This document shows, piece after piece, positions 1 to 9,308 of a stretch of DNA of 64,000 nucleotides; the first letter of the stretch is position 1; the number at the start of each line of letters is the position of its first letter. The translations under genes were made by a program, and so were the position numbers. The stretch comes from Candidatus Latescibacterota bacterium. Its GTDB lineage: Bacteria > Latescibacterota > UBA2968. The DNA lies in NCBI GenBank assembly GCA_965204745.1, contig OZ242010.1, positions 2,368,001 through 2,432,000 on the forward strand, in the 5' to 3' direction. The notes under the pieces were generated by a model. The model did no database searches, was not told the DNA's origin, and saw only the letters and a list, made by a program, of their open reading frames with translations.

Positions 1-90
1 GAGGGCACTTGTTGTGATGCCTTCTTTGAACTGCGGAGAGCATATCCTGCGATAGGGCTTGATTTTCTCGATAAACCGCTCAAGTCAGTT
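1..90. repeat. Partial, internally deleted copy of the non-coding element at ~22822-23275
   Basis: Two blocks (ggcactt-ttg-gatgccttctttgaactgcg and gagagcatat-cgatagggcttgattttctcgataaaccg-tcaag-cag) match 23110-23141 and 23218-23270. Confidence 0.75.
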
Positions 91-174
91 GCAGGGATCG
101 TAAATGTCAACACGACCTCGTCAGTACGACACAAATGCTTGTTGCCATCAACTGCTGTCACAGAGGGAATGACC

Positions 175-912
175 ATGACGCATTTTTCCAATGACGAAAA
201 AGCCTTTTTCAAGCAAAATGGCTATGTCGTCAAACCCGACCTGATCGCGACCGCGCTGATCGAAAATGCACGGGACGCCGCGTGGGAACACATCAATGCG
301 GATCGCAGGGACCCCCAAACTTGGATCGATGCCGGGCCAACCGGCAACCTGCCGTGTAGCGACCATCCCGCAATCGCCGCCATGACCACGCACACGCCGC
401 TGTACGAGATGGCCGAAGAACTCGCGGGCAAAGGTCGTCTGCGCCCGCCCGGCAATGCCCTGTGCAAGATGATCTACCCCACCGGTCACGGCGATTGGCA
501 TCCGCCGCGGGGGCATCTCGACGGGTACCTCATCGACGGCGTGGCCGACACCTTTACCGTCGCCGTGACCATCAACATCAGCGACGTTTTGCCGCGCGGC
601 GGCGGCTTCACCACATGGGCGGGATCGCATCTCAAAGTCGCCGGGTACTTCCAGCGTCACGCGCTCACCAATTTGAGCGGGCTACGAGTCCCGGACTATC
701 TCCCCTCGGCCGCGCGTTACGAACACGCGGCCCCCGCGGGCACCGTCTGCTTTTGGCACCACTACATGTTGCACACGGCCAGCATGAATTGTCGAAAACA
801 CATCCGCATGGCCTTGGTCAACCGCTTTGCCTTCACCAACTTGCGCGATATCATGTTCGACCTGCCCTTCGACCTGTGGGCGCAATGGGATGGCTTGCGC
901 GACATCAACTGA
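175..912 (+). CDS. Phytanoyl-CoA dioxygenase (PhyH) family 2OG-Fe(II) oxygenase
   Basis: FFKQNGYVV N-terminus, HLD iron motif, GSH, distal His (MLHTAS); RBS gaggga precedes ATG 169/175. Confidence 0.8.
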   Translation: MTHFSNDEKAFFKQNGYVVKPDLIATALIENARDAAWEHINADRRDPQTWIDAGPTGNLPCSDHPAIAAMTTHTPLYEMAEELAGKGRLRPPGNALCKMIYPTGHGDWHPPRGHLDGYLIDGVADTFTVAVTINISDVLPRGGGFTTWAGSHLKVAGYFQRHALTNLSGLRVPDYLPSAARYEHAAPAGTVCFWHHYMLHTASMNCRKHIRMALVNRFAFTNLRDIMFDLPFDLWAQWDGLRDIN

Positions 913-924
913 AAGGGGCGCGTT

Positions 925-1758
925 GTGAAAATCGGATACGGCACGTACGGCATGCAGACAGAAGACATTTTTGACGCATTGCCGCGGTTGCGCGCCATCG
1001 GGTATGAAGCCGTGGAGATCAGCACGGGCGACGACTGGCCCACCGCGCCGCACAAACTCCACGCGAGCACCCGCGAGGCACTCGCCAAGACCATCGCGGA
1101 TTTGGGATTTGCATCGCCCGTCACCATGGCTTTGTTGCCGATCTGCACGCGGGGCGATGCACGTCCCGCTGTGCTCGAAAAATTTGACGCGGCGTGCGTC
1201 CTCGCCCACGACCTGGCACATGGCAATGCCCCCGGCATCCTCGTCAGCACATTAGGCGGCCTGACCGGCGCGTGGGACGAGGTCAAGCACACCTATTGCG
1301 AGATGCTCATCGAGCTCGGAGATCGCGCCTCGGAGCACAATGTCATCCTCGCAGCCGAACCCCACGCAGGCCACCCGCTCGACACCCCGCACAAAGTCGA
1401 TTGGCTCATGCGACACGCGGATCACGACAACGTCAAAGTCAATTTTGACATCAGCCACTTTCACGTCGATCATTTCGACCTGCAAACGAGCGTCGACCTG
1501 TGCGCGCCCTACACGGTCTCGACCCACATCAAAGACGGGTATCGCGCCAATGGCGAGGTGCGCTATCAACTCCCCGGCGAGGGCAACTTGGATCTCGTTG
1601 CCTATTTCAACGCCATCGCCGCCGCGGGCATCGCCGTTCCCATCACCGTGGAAGTCACGGCCCAAATCTGGAAATCGCCCGACTACGATCCATGGCCCGT
1701 GGCAGAACGATGTTTCAAAGCACTCGACGATGCGCGGCGAGAAGCGCTGGAAGAATAG
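925..1758 (+). CDS. Sugar phosphate isomerase/epimerase (xylose-isomerase-like TIM barrel)
   Basis: GYEAVEI, AEPH, FDISH, HIKD, PGEG, TVE metal-binding motifs. Confidence 0.85.
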   Translation: MKIGYGTYGMQTEDIFDALPRLRAIGYEAVEISTGDDWPTAPHKLHASTREALAKTIADLGFASPVTMALLPICTRGDARPAVLEKFDAACVLAHDLAHGNAPGILVSTLGGLTGAWDEVKHTYCEMLIELGDRASEHNVILAAEPHAGHPLDTPHKVDWLMRHADHDNVKVNFDISHFHVDHFDLQTSVDLCAPYTVSTHIKDGYRANGEVRYQLPGEGNLDLVAYFNAIAAAGIAVPITVEVTAQIWKSPDYDPWPVAERCFKALDDARREALEE

Positions 1759-1760
1759 CG

Positions 1761-1856
1761 ATGGAATTGCGTTTGAAGCACGACTTGACCTTGCGGCTCG
1801 GCTCGATGATGGTCGTCGCGATTGGCGTCGGTGCCGCTTTGGTGAAACTTCTGTGA
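1761..1856 (+). pseudogene. 31-aa fragment resembling the C-terminal membrane anchor of DUF1640/CCDC90-like coiled-coil proteins
   Basis: MELRLKHDLTLRLGSMMVVAIGVGAALVKLL*; no upstream coiled-coil part. Confidence 0.5.
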
Positions 1857-1925
1857 GACTGGAGACGCGCTGGAAAAGGCGTAGATTCAATTTGATGGGC
1901 GAAAAACGAGCCCGAGGAGTTTTCC

Positions 1926-2567
1926 GTGCGATACATCGTTGTCGAAGGGGTGACCGGGGTGGGCAAGAGGCGGTTTGCCCGGGTTTTGGGGCACCATCTC
2001 AACGCCCGCTTGGTGCTCGAAGAACCCGAGGAAAATCCCTTTTTGCCCTTGTTTTACGAAACCCCAGAGCGATACGGCTTTCAGACACAGGTCTTTTTCA
2101 TGTTGAGCAGGTATCGGCAACAACAAGAATTGCATCAGATGGATTTGTTTCAAGAAGCGGTGGTCAGCAATTACATCTTTGAACGGGATCGCATCTACGC
2201 CAATCTAACGCTCGGAGATGCGGAATTTGCATTGTATGAACGCTTGGCCGAAACCCTGAGTGAGAAAATGCCCCGGCCGGATCTGGTCATTTATTTGCAG
2301 ACGACAATCGATCATCTGATGCGGGGCATCAGAAGCCATGGGCGCGGGTATGAAGGCGCGATAACCGAAGATTACGTGGCGCGGTTATCCGAGGCGTACA
2401 ACCATTTTTTCTTTCACTATTCCACCACGCCCTTGCTCGCCGTCAACGTGTCCGAGGTCGATTTTGAAAACCGCTCGCACGGCTTAGAGGATTTACTGGC
2501 GCAAATTAAATCGCCGCCTGCGGGCACGCGCTATTATCGGCCAGCGCGGGTGGATGCCAAAAAATGA
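1926..2567 (+). CDS. Deoxynucleoside kinase (dCK/dGK family)
   Basis: VEGVTGVGK P-loop, ENPFLPLFY, QVFFMLSRYRQ, PDLVIYLQ; lies directly before panB-panC. Confidence 0.9.
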   Translation: MRYIVVEGVTGVGKRRFARVLGHHLNARLVLEEPEENPFLPLFYETPERYGFQTQVFFMLSRYRQQQELHQMDLFQEAVVSNYIFERDRIYANLTLGDAEFALYERLAETLSEKMPRPDLVIYLQTTIDHLMRGIRSHGRGYEGAITEDYVARLSEAYNHFFFHYSTTPLLAVNVSEVDFENRSHGLEDLLAQIKSPPAGTRYYRPARVDAKK

Positions 2568-2579
2568 GGTGGGATCGAT

Positions 2580-3434
2580 ATGGGAGCACGGGTAAAAATA
2601 GAAACCCTCGGCCTTATGAAACAGCGGGGCGAACCCATTGCGGTGCTGACGTGTTACGATCACCCCACGGCCGTTTTTCAGGATGGCGCGGGGGTCGACG
2701 TCATTTTTGTAGGCGATTCCGTAGGCGTCAATGTGTTGGGGTACGAAAGTCCGCAACAGGTGACGATAGACGATATGCGCCACCACACGCGCGCGGTCAG
2801 GCGCGGGGTTGTCGATGCGCTGTTGATGGCGGATTTGCCCTACCGGTCTTATGAGACGCCCGCGCAAGCGGTCAAAAATGCGCGGCAACTCACAGGGGCC
2901 GGCGCAGAAGTGGTCAAACTCGAAGGCGGTCGCCCCGTCATAGACCAAGTCCGCGCACTCGTCAGCGAGGGCATTCCCGTGGTTGGGCACGTGGGATACA
3001 CCCCGCAGACGCGCACCGGCAAACGTCCCGTGTTCGGAGACCGCGCAGAAGACGCGCTCGCAGTTCTCAAAGACGCCCATGCCTTGGCATCTGCTGGCGC
3101 GCTGGCCGTGGTTTTGGAATGCGTGCCCGAGCGCGTGGCCGAAGTCGTGACGGATCGCGTGCCCATTCCGACCATTGGCATTGGCGCGGGGCGCGTGTGC
3201 GATGGGCAGGTGCTCGTCGCCCACGATATGCTGGGCATGCACAACAGCCGCTATCGGTTTGTCAAAGCCTACGCGGACCTCGAAGGCGCGATGCAGCAGG
3301 CATTTGCGGCCTACGTCCAAGACGTCAAAAACCACCGCTTTCCGCAAGACAACCACCGGTTTAAGATCAAAAGCGCGGAACTGCGCCGATTTCATTTGCG
3401 CGCCGAGGATGTGTTATGGCCGTCAAAATCGTAA
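2580..3434 (+). CDS. panB: 3-methyl-2-oxobutanoate hydroxymethyltransferase
   Basis: LTCYD, VGDS, ADLPY, VKLEGG, GHVGYTPQ, IGIGAG, DGQVLV..DMLG. Confidence 0.96.
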   Translation: MGARVKIETLGLMKQRGEPIAVLTCYDHPTAVFQDGAGVDVIFVGDSVGVNVLGYESPQQVTIDDMRHHTRAVRRGVVDALLMADLPYRSYETPAQAVKNARQLTGAGAEVVKLEGGRPVIDQVRALVSEGIPVVGHVGYTPQTRTGKRPVFGDRAEDALAVLKDAHALASAGALAVVLECVPERVAEVVTDRVPIPTIGIGAGRVCDGQVLVAHDMLGMHNSRYRFVKAYADLEGAMQQAFAAYVQDVKNHRFPQDNHRFKIKSAELRRFHLRAEDVLWPSKS

Positions 3435-4270
3435 CAGCGGTTCGCGCAATGCACCGCGCAGCCGATCAGATGCGGCAGGCGGGGCAGCGCATCGCGCTCG
3501 TGCCCACGATGGGATATTTGCACGAAGGGCATCTCAGCCTTGTGCGGCGGGCGCGACAAGTGGCGGATCGCGTGGTGGTGAGCATTTTCGTCAACCCGTT
3601 GCAATTTGGCCCGGCCGAGGATTTCGTCGCCTATCCCAGGGATTTGGCGCGCGATTTGGAACGGCTCGACCAGTGCGGCGCGCATCTAACGTACGCGCCC
3701 GAAGTCAAGGAAATCTATCCCGAGGATTTTGCGACAACGGTCGAGGTGGCGCGTCTGACCCAAGGGCTTTGTGGCGCGCATCGGCCCGGGCATTTTGAAG
3801 GCGTGACGACCATCGTCGCCAAGTTGTTTGCAGCGGTCAAACCCCATGTGGCTATTTTTGGACAAAAAGACGCGCAACAGACGCTCATCGTCAAAAAAAT
3901 GGTGCGCGATCTCAACTTGGATGTGGAGATAGTGATGGCGCCCACAGTGCGCGAAGCGGATGGCTTGGCGATGAGCTCGCGCAATGCCTATCTGACGGCC
4001 GAAGAGCGGATGGAAGCCCCCGCGCTTTACCGCGCCTTGATGCTCGGAAAAAAAATGATCGCCCGAGGCGAACGGCGTGCGTGCCGAGTCGTCGCCGCGA
4101 TGCGCGACGCGATTGCGCCGCTGTGCCATGCGAAAATCGACTACATCGAAGCCGTGGATGCGGAAAGCCTCGCGCCCGTCGAGGTGATCGAAACTACCGT
4201 TTTGCTGGCCGTGGCCGTGCGCTTTGGCAAGGCGCGCCTAATAGACAACGCGCTCATTCGCGTGGAATGA
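3416..4270 (+). CDS. panC: Pantoate--beta-alanine ligase
   Basis: VPTMGYLHEGHLSL, SIFVNPLQF, RPGHFEGV, FGQKDAQQ, GLAMSSRN, RLIDN. Confidence 0.97.
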   Translation: MAVKIVTAVRAMHRAADQMRQAGQRIALVPTMGYLHEGHLSLVRRARQVADRVVVSIFVNPLQFGPAEDFVAYPRDLARDLERLDQCGAHLTYAPEVKEIYPEDFATTVEVARLTQGLCGAHRPGHFEGVTTIVAKLFAAVKPHVAIFGQKDAQQTLIVKKMVRDLNLDVEIVMAPTVREADGLAMSSRNAYLTAEERMEAPALYRALMLGKKMIARGERRACRVVAAMRDAIAPLCHAKIDYIEAVDAESLAPVEVIETTVLLAVAVRFGKARLIDNALIRVE

Positions 4271-4329
4271 TTTTTTTAGTCGAGTTGTAACTATTCACAT
4301 TATGCCACCTACACGGCGCGTATAAGGAC

Positions 4330-4358
4330 TTGACGCCCATCGGGGAGTTCATTATATT
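4330..4358 (+). promoter_or_regulatory. Sigma70-like promoter upstream of sodA
   Basis: TTGACG (4330-4335), 17-nt spacer, TATATT (4353-4358). Confidence 0.6.
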
Positions 4359-4411
4359 TTGACTTCAATCGGCGAAGGAGTTTTCGTTCATTCCAAACAA
4401 GGAGTTTCACC

Positions 4412-5017
4412 ATGGCATATCAACTGCCCGACCTGCCCTATGCTTACGACGCGCTCGAGCCGTACATCGACGCGCGCACGATGGAGATCCACCACTCCAA
4501 GCACCACAACGCGTACGTGACCAACCTCAACGCCGCGCTTGAGGGGCACGACGAGTCGGCAACTATCGAAAGCCTGATCAGCAATTTGGACAGCGTGCCC
4601 GCAGACATCCGCACCGCAGTTCAAAACAACGGCGGCGGTCACGCCAACCACAGCTTGTTCTGGACCATCATGAGTCCCAATGGCGGGGGCGGCCCCACGG
4701 GTGCTGTTGCCGAAGCCATCGCGTCGTCTTTTGGCAGCCTGGAAGCCGCTAAGGAAAAATTTGTGACAGCCGCGACAACGCGCTTTGGCAGCGGCTGGGC
4801 ATGGTGCGTGGTCAAGGATGGCAAGCTCGACATTTTGAGCACGGCCAACCAAGACAATCCGCTCATGACCGGCGATGGCACGCCCATTCTCGGCCTGGAT
4901 GTGTGGGAACACGCTTATTATCTCAAGTACCAAAACTTGCGCCCGGATTACATCGAAGCGTGGACGAATACGATCAACTGGGACGAAGTGAATCGCCGCT
5001 ACGAAGCTGCGCGGTGA
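4412..5017 (+). CDS. sodA: Superoxide dismutase, probably Mn-type
   Basis: [46 protein letters not shown]; RBS aaggag. Confidence 0.95.
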   Translation: MAYQLPDLPYAYDALEPYIDARTMEIHHSKHHNAYVTNLNAALEGHDESATIESLISNLDSVPADIRTAVQNNGGGHANHSLFWTIMSPNGGGGPTGAVAEAIASSFGSLEAAKEKFVTAATTRFGSGWAWCVVKDGKLDILSTANQDNPLMTGDGTPILGLDVWEHAYYLKYQNLRPDYIEAWTNTINWDEVNRRYEAAR

Positions 5018-5039
5018 GTTTTTCAAAAGGAAGCGAACA

Positions 5040-5519
5040 ATGGGCATTACCGTAGGTGATCGCGCGCCCGACTTTACGCTGAAATCGAAGTCCGGCGACG
5101 ATATGAAAGACATCTCCCTGCGCGATTACGAGGGGCAGAAGAATGTCGTGATCTTGTTTTTTCCGCTGGCTTATACCGGCGTCTGCACCGACGAGATGTG
5201 TTCGGTCAGCGGCGGGTTGGCCGATTACGACGCGCTCGACGCGCAGGTGTTGGGCATCAGCGTGGATAGCCCTTTTGCACAAGACGCCTGGGCCAAGGAA
5301 AACGGCATCGCCTTTCCCCTGCTCAGCGATTTCAACAAAGAGGTCAGCGCGGCTTATGGGGCGCAATTCGAGGAGTTGCTCGGATTTCGCGGCGTGGCAA
5401 AGCGGTCGGCTTTTGTCATCGACAAAACCGGCATCGTGCGTTTTGCATCCGTGTCTGACGACCCGACTGTGTTGCCGGATTTTGACGCGATCAAAGCGCG
5501 TCTGACAGAACTGGGTTAA
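5040..5519 (+). CDS. Peroxiredoxin (AhpC/TSA family; AhpE/BCP-like)
   Basis: APDFTL, FFPLAYTGVCTDEMC, GISVDS, FPLLSD, RSAFVID. Confidence 0.9.
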   Translation: MGITVGDRAPDFTLKSKSGDDMKDISLRDYEGQKNVVILFFPLAYTGVCTDEMCSVSGGLADYDALDAQVLGISVDSPFAQDAWAKENGIAFPLLSDFNKEVSAAYGAQFEELLGFRGVAKRSAFVIDKTGIVRFASVSDDPTVLPDFDAIKARLTELG

Positions 5520-5529
5520 TGGAGGAATT

Positions 5530-5856
5530 ATGGTTCGCGTCACGGAAACCGCTGCGGGCAAAATCAGGGAACTCATGCACCGAGAAGGACGCCCCGCCGA
5601 GCACGGCTTGCGCCTGAAAGTGATCGGCGGCGGGTGTTCTGGCCTGCAATATCAACTCGACTTCGACGAGGCGGTCCGCGCAGACGACAGCGTCGTCGAA
5701 GCCCACGGCGTTCGGGTCTTCGTCGATCTGAAAAGCGCGCTTTTTTTGACGGGCACCGAACTGGATTACGACGATGGCCTGATGGGCACGGGGTTCCGGT
5801 TCAATAACCCCAATGCCAAAAATCAGTGTGGTTGTGGGGAATCTTTCAGCGTTTGA
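5530..5856 (+). CDS. A-type Fe-S carrier (IscA/ErpA/HesB family)
   Basis: GGGCSGLQY and NPNAKNQCGCGESF. Confidence 0.95.
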   Translation: MVRVTETAAGKIRELMHREGRPAEHGLRLKVIGGGCSGLQYQLDFDEAVRADDSVVEAHGVRVFVDLKSALFLTGTELDYDDGLMGTGFRFNNPNAKNQCGCGESFSV

Positions 5857-5878
5857 GCATTGTTGTTGTCGAAAATTC

Positions 5879-5913
5879 AGAAGGGAGGGGTCGTGTTGCG
5901 GTCCCTCTCTTTT
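5879..5913 (+). terminator. Probable intrinsic terminator
   Basis: agaagggagggg / gtccctctctttt imperfect stem with T tract. Confidence 0.5.
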
Positions 5914-6083
5914 GGGCTTAGATGCGTCCCCAAAGGACAAAAACGCATGGCATCGATTTATTTTTTGTTGCGTCTGCAAGGATGTTGCACATCGGCGCGG
6001 TTTGTTCAGAAGTTCTGGGGCATCTCTGCATGGCCCGTCAACCAGACCGCGGATCGAAGATCGGATTTGAAAGGAGGCTCCAA

Positions 6084-7739
6084 ATGGATGCGTTATTGCT
6101 GGGGGCTCCAATGGCGACTTACGGCATCTTTCTGGTGGTCGCCATTGCCCTGTTTGGATTCGGGTGGTTTTTGGGCGCCCGAATCAGAGCGCGAAACGTG
6201 CGAGATATCGAGCGGCAGGCCGAAAAACACGCGCTCAAACTCGCGGAAAAAGAAGATCGAAATCGCAAGACCGCTTTTTTGGAACTCAAAAACAAGTGGT
6301 ATGACGAGAAGGCCGAAATCGAAAAGTCCTTCGATCAAAAACGACGCGAGGTCGAGCGTCAAAATGACGAATTGCACGAAAGGGAAACCGGGCTTGCCAA
6401 GCGGGCCGAAGTCGTCAATCAGCGCGAAAAAAACCTCACCCGGCGGGAACAAGAGGGCGTGCAAAAAGCCGTCCGCTTGGAAAAGCGAGAATTGGAACTG
6501 GCGGATTTGATCGATCAACAACGGGCGCAACTGGAGCGCATTTCCGGCATGAACGTGGAACACGCCCGCGAAATGTTGCTCGAAGACATCCGCAATTCCC
6601 TGCGGCAAACCTCCATCAACCTCGGCAGGGAAATGATCGAGCGCGCCCGAGAACGCGCGGACCGCGAAGCCAAGAAAATTCTCGCGCAGGCCATCGAACG
6701 CTGCTCCACAGATCAAACCGTGCAATCGTCCATCTCGGTCGTCACCTTGCCCAACGACAACATCAAGGGGTGGATCGTCGGCAAAGAGGGGCGCAACATC
6801 AGCGCGTTTGAAGCCGCCACAGGCGTGAAAGTGATCGTCAACGACACGCCCGAGGCCGTGGTCTTGTCCAGCTTTGACCCGGTCAAGCGCGACATGGCGC
6901 GATTGGCGATGGAGCAACTGGTGCGCGAGGGCCGCATCAACCCGCGCCGCATCGAAACCGTGGTCGCCAACTGCGAAAACAAGGTGCATTTGATCATCGA
7001 CGAAGAAGGCCAGCGGGCCGTGCGCGAATTGGGCATCGACGAATTGCATCCCGAACTGGTCAAACTGGTCGGCAAACTCAAATACCGCACGAGTTTCGGG
7101 CAAAACGTGCTCGGGCATTCCAAAGAAGTGGCGTTTTTGGCCGGTGCAATGGCAACGGAATTGAACCTGGACGAAAAACTCGCCCGCCGCTGTGGGCTGT
7201 TGCACGACATCGGCAAAGCCGTGGATCAGGAACTCGAGGGCAAGCACACGGACATCGGCGCGCATCTGGCCGGCAAGTACGGCGAGGGCCCAGAAGTGAT
7301 CAACGGCATTTTTTATCACCACGGCGAGGCCGAGGCCGAGACCCCGATTTCGTTTTTGGTCAAAGCCGCAGACGCGATTTCGTCCTCCCGGCCCGGTGCG
7401 AGACGAGACGACCCGGAAGCGTACATCAAGCGGATGCGCGGCTTGGAGGAAATCGCGCAATCCTTCCTCGGGGTGCGAGACGCTTATGCTATCAATGCGG
7501 GCCGCGAAGTGCGCGTGTTGGTCAATGCCGCGCATGTGAGCGACGAACGCGCCAAAGACCTGTCTTATGAAATCGCCGAGCGCGTGCGCGAGGAAATGAC
7601 CTATCCGGGCGAGGTTCAAATCACGGTGATTCGGCAAATCGTTGCCTCGAATTTGGCCGGGCACCCCGGCAGGCGCAAGCCAAAGCCCCGAAAACGCTAT
7701 GCGCGTCGCCGCAATCGCCCTGCACCAGCGAGCGCGTAA
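6084..7739 (+). CDS. rny: Ribonuclease Y
   Basis: N-terminal TM, long coiled coil, KH-like IVGKEGRNI, HD domain (LLHDIGKA), ADAISSSRPGARR, AGREVRV; RBS aaggagg before ATG 6084. Confidence 0.95.
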   Translation: MDALLLGAPMATYGIFLVVAIALFGFGWFLGARIRARNVRDIERQAEKHALKLAEKEDRNRKTAFLELKNKWYDEKAEIEKSFDQKRREVERQNDELHERETGLAKRAEVVNQREKNLTRREQEGVQKAVRLEKRELELADLIDQQRAQLERISGMNVEHAREMLLEDIRNSLRQTSINLGREMIERARERADREAKKILAQAIERCSTDQTVQSSISVVTLPNDNIKGWIVGKEGRNISAFEAATGVKVIVNDTPEAVVLSSFDPVKRDMARLAMEQLVREGRINPRRIETVVANCENKVHLIIDEEGQRAVRELGIDELHPELVKLVGKLKYRTSFGQNVLGHSKEVAFLAGAMATELNLDEKLARRCGLLHDIGKAVDQELEGKHTDIGAHLAGKYGEGPEVINGIFYHHGEAEAETPISFLVKAADAISSSRPGARRDDPEAYIKRMRGLEEIAQSFLGVRDAYAINAGREVRVLVNAAHVSDERAKDLSYEIAERVREEMTYPGEVQITVIRQIVASNLAGHPGRRKPKPRKRYARRRNRPAPASA

Positions 7740-7743
7740 TCCC

Positions 7744-8103
7744 ATGTCCGACGCCTATTCCACGATTTTGCGGGATCACTTTGAGCATCCCAGAAATGTC
7801 GGCACATTGCAAACCCCGGATGCGGTGGGGTATGCGGAAAATCCCGCTTCGGGCGCCACCTTGTCCCTGCACCTCGCGTTGAAAAATGGCGTCATCGACC
7901 GAGCGGTTTTTCAAGCGCAGGGATGCGCGGCGACCATCGCTTCCGGGTCCGTGCTCACGGAGTGGGTGATGGGCAAACCGCCCGATGAGGCCCGCAAAAT
8001 TTCGCGCACCGACATCGAGGCCGCGCTCGGCGGGTTGCCCCCCACGCGGAAACACGCCGCAGACTTGGCGGTAGATGCGGTTCGCGTAGCGCTTCAGACC
8101 TGA
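7744..8103 (+). CDS. IscU/NifU-N-like scaffold protein with degenerate Cys ligands
   Basis: YSTILRDHFEHPRNVG, GCAATIASGS, ALGGLPP; NPASGA and RKHAA where Cys is usual. Confidence 0.85.
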   Translation: MSDAYSTILRDHFEHPRNVGTLQTPDAVGYAENPASGATLSLHLALKNGVIDRAVFQAQGCAATIASGSVLTEWVMGKPPDEARKISRTDIEAALGGLPPTRKHAADLAVDAVRVALQT

Positions 8104-8109
8104 CACCGC

Positions 8110-8145
8110 GGGGCAGGGCATTGTTTCGTCCTGCCCCTTATTTTT
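8110..8145 (+). terminator. Intrinsic terminator
   Basis: ggggcaggg / tcctgcccc stem followed by ttattttt. Confidence 0.65.
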
Positions 8146-8156
8146 GGACTGCCCGC

Positions 8157-9308
8157 ATGACCGATCAAATCAAAGCCATCGCGCGGGAGTTGGGATTCGA
8201 CCCGGTGGGCATTGCATCGGCCGATCCCCCGCAGCACTGGGCGTTTTATCAATCGTGGTTGGCCATGGGCTACGCGGGTGAAATGGGGTACTTGGGGCGC
8301 AACTTGGATCGGCGGTCAGACGTGCGGCGCATTCTTCCGAGCGCGAAATCCATCCTTTGCGTGGGCCTGAATTATTTGCCCGAGACCGATGGGCAGGAAA
8401 CTGGCGGGCATCCCACAGGGCAGATCGCGCGCTATGCCCGCGGCGATGATTACCACGACGCGATGCGCGACCGCCTGTTTGACTTGTTGGCCGAAATTCA
8501 GCGCATCGAGCCGGCTGCCGAAGGCCGGGTCTATGTGGATACCGGCCCTGTTTTGGAACGCGATTATGCCGAGCGTGCCGGGGTGGGTTGGTTCGGCAAA
8601 CACACTTGCATGATCGACAAAGGCCGGGGGTCGTGGTTTTTTTTGGGCGAAATCATTTTGAATCTCGATCTCGACTGTGATCGACCGCAGTTGGATCACT
8701 GCGGAACCTGTACGCAGTGTTTGGATGCGTGTCCCACAGACGCTATCGTAGAACCCTACGCAGTGGATTCGCGGCGGTGTATTTCCTATTTGACTATCGA
8801 ATTAAAAGGCGCGGTGCCGCGCCCATTGAGATCGAAGATGGGCAACTGGGTCTTTGGCTGCGACATTTGCCAAGACGTGTGCCCGTGGAATCGCAAGCAC
8901 GCAGAGCCGACTCCCGAAGATGCGTTTCAAGCGCGCCCGGGGTTGAACGCGCCCGATCTCGTGGACTTGTTGCACCTGGATCAGGCGGCTTTTTCCAAGC
9001 GGTTCAAAAACAGCCCGATCAAACGCGCCAAGCGACGCGGCTTGTTGCGGAATGCGGCTATCGCCTTGGGCAACGTGGGCGGGCAGGCAGAAGTGCCCGC
9101 GCTGGCGTCCGCCCTCAAAGACGGTGAACCACTCGTGCGCCAACACGCGGCATGGGCCTTGGGCAAAATCGGCGGGGACCACGCCCGGCAAGTGTTGGCC
9201 GACGCCTTGAACTGTGAATGCGATGGCGGAGTTGTCGAAGAACTGCGGTTGGCTCTCGAAGCCATCGATCAGCGAGGAAATGAACGTGAGCGCGCTACTC
9301 GATATTGA
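8157..9308 (+). CDS. queG: Epoxyqueuosine reductase with C-terminal HEAT repeats
   Basis: ARYARGDDYH, VDTGPVLER, GSWFFLGE, CGTCTQCLDACPT, CISYLTIE, GCDICQDVCPWN. Confidence 0.95.
   Translation: MTDQIKAIARELGFDPVGIASADPPQHWAFYQSWLAMGYAGEMGYLGRNLDRRSDVRRILPSAKSILCVGLNYLPETDGQETGGHPTGQIARYARGDDYHDAMRDRLFDLLAEIQRIEPAAEGRVYVDTGPVLERDYAERAGVGWFGKHTCMIDKGRGSWFFLGEIILNLDLDCDRPQLDHCGTCTQCLDACPTDAIVEPYAVDSRRCISYLTIELKGAVPRPLRSKMGNWVFGCDICQDVCPWNRKHAEPTPEDAFQARPGLNAPDLVDLLHLDQAAFSKRFKNSPIKRAKRRGLLRNAAIALGNVGGQAEVPALASALKDGEPLVRQHAAWALGKIGGDHARQVLADALNCECDGGVVEELRLALEAIDQRGNERERATRY

Noticed and set aside
5860-6083. Possible 6S RNA upstream of rny, or a 54-aa N-terminal extension of RNase Y
   Set aside because: No long 6S-like rod was recognisable, and the strong RBS at 6071-6077 supports the 6084 start.
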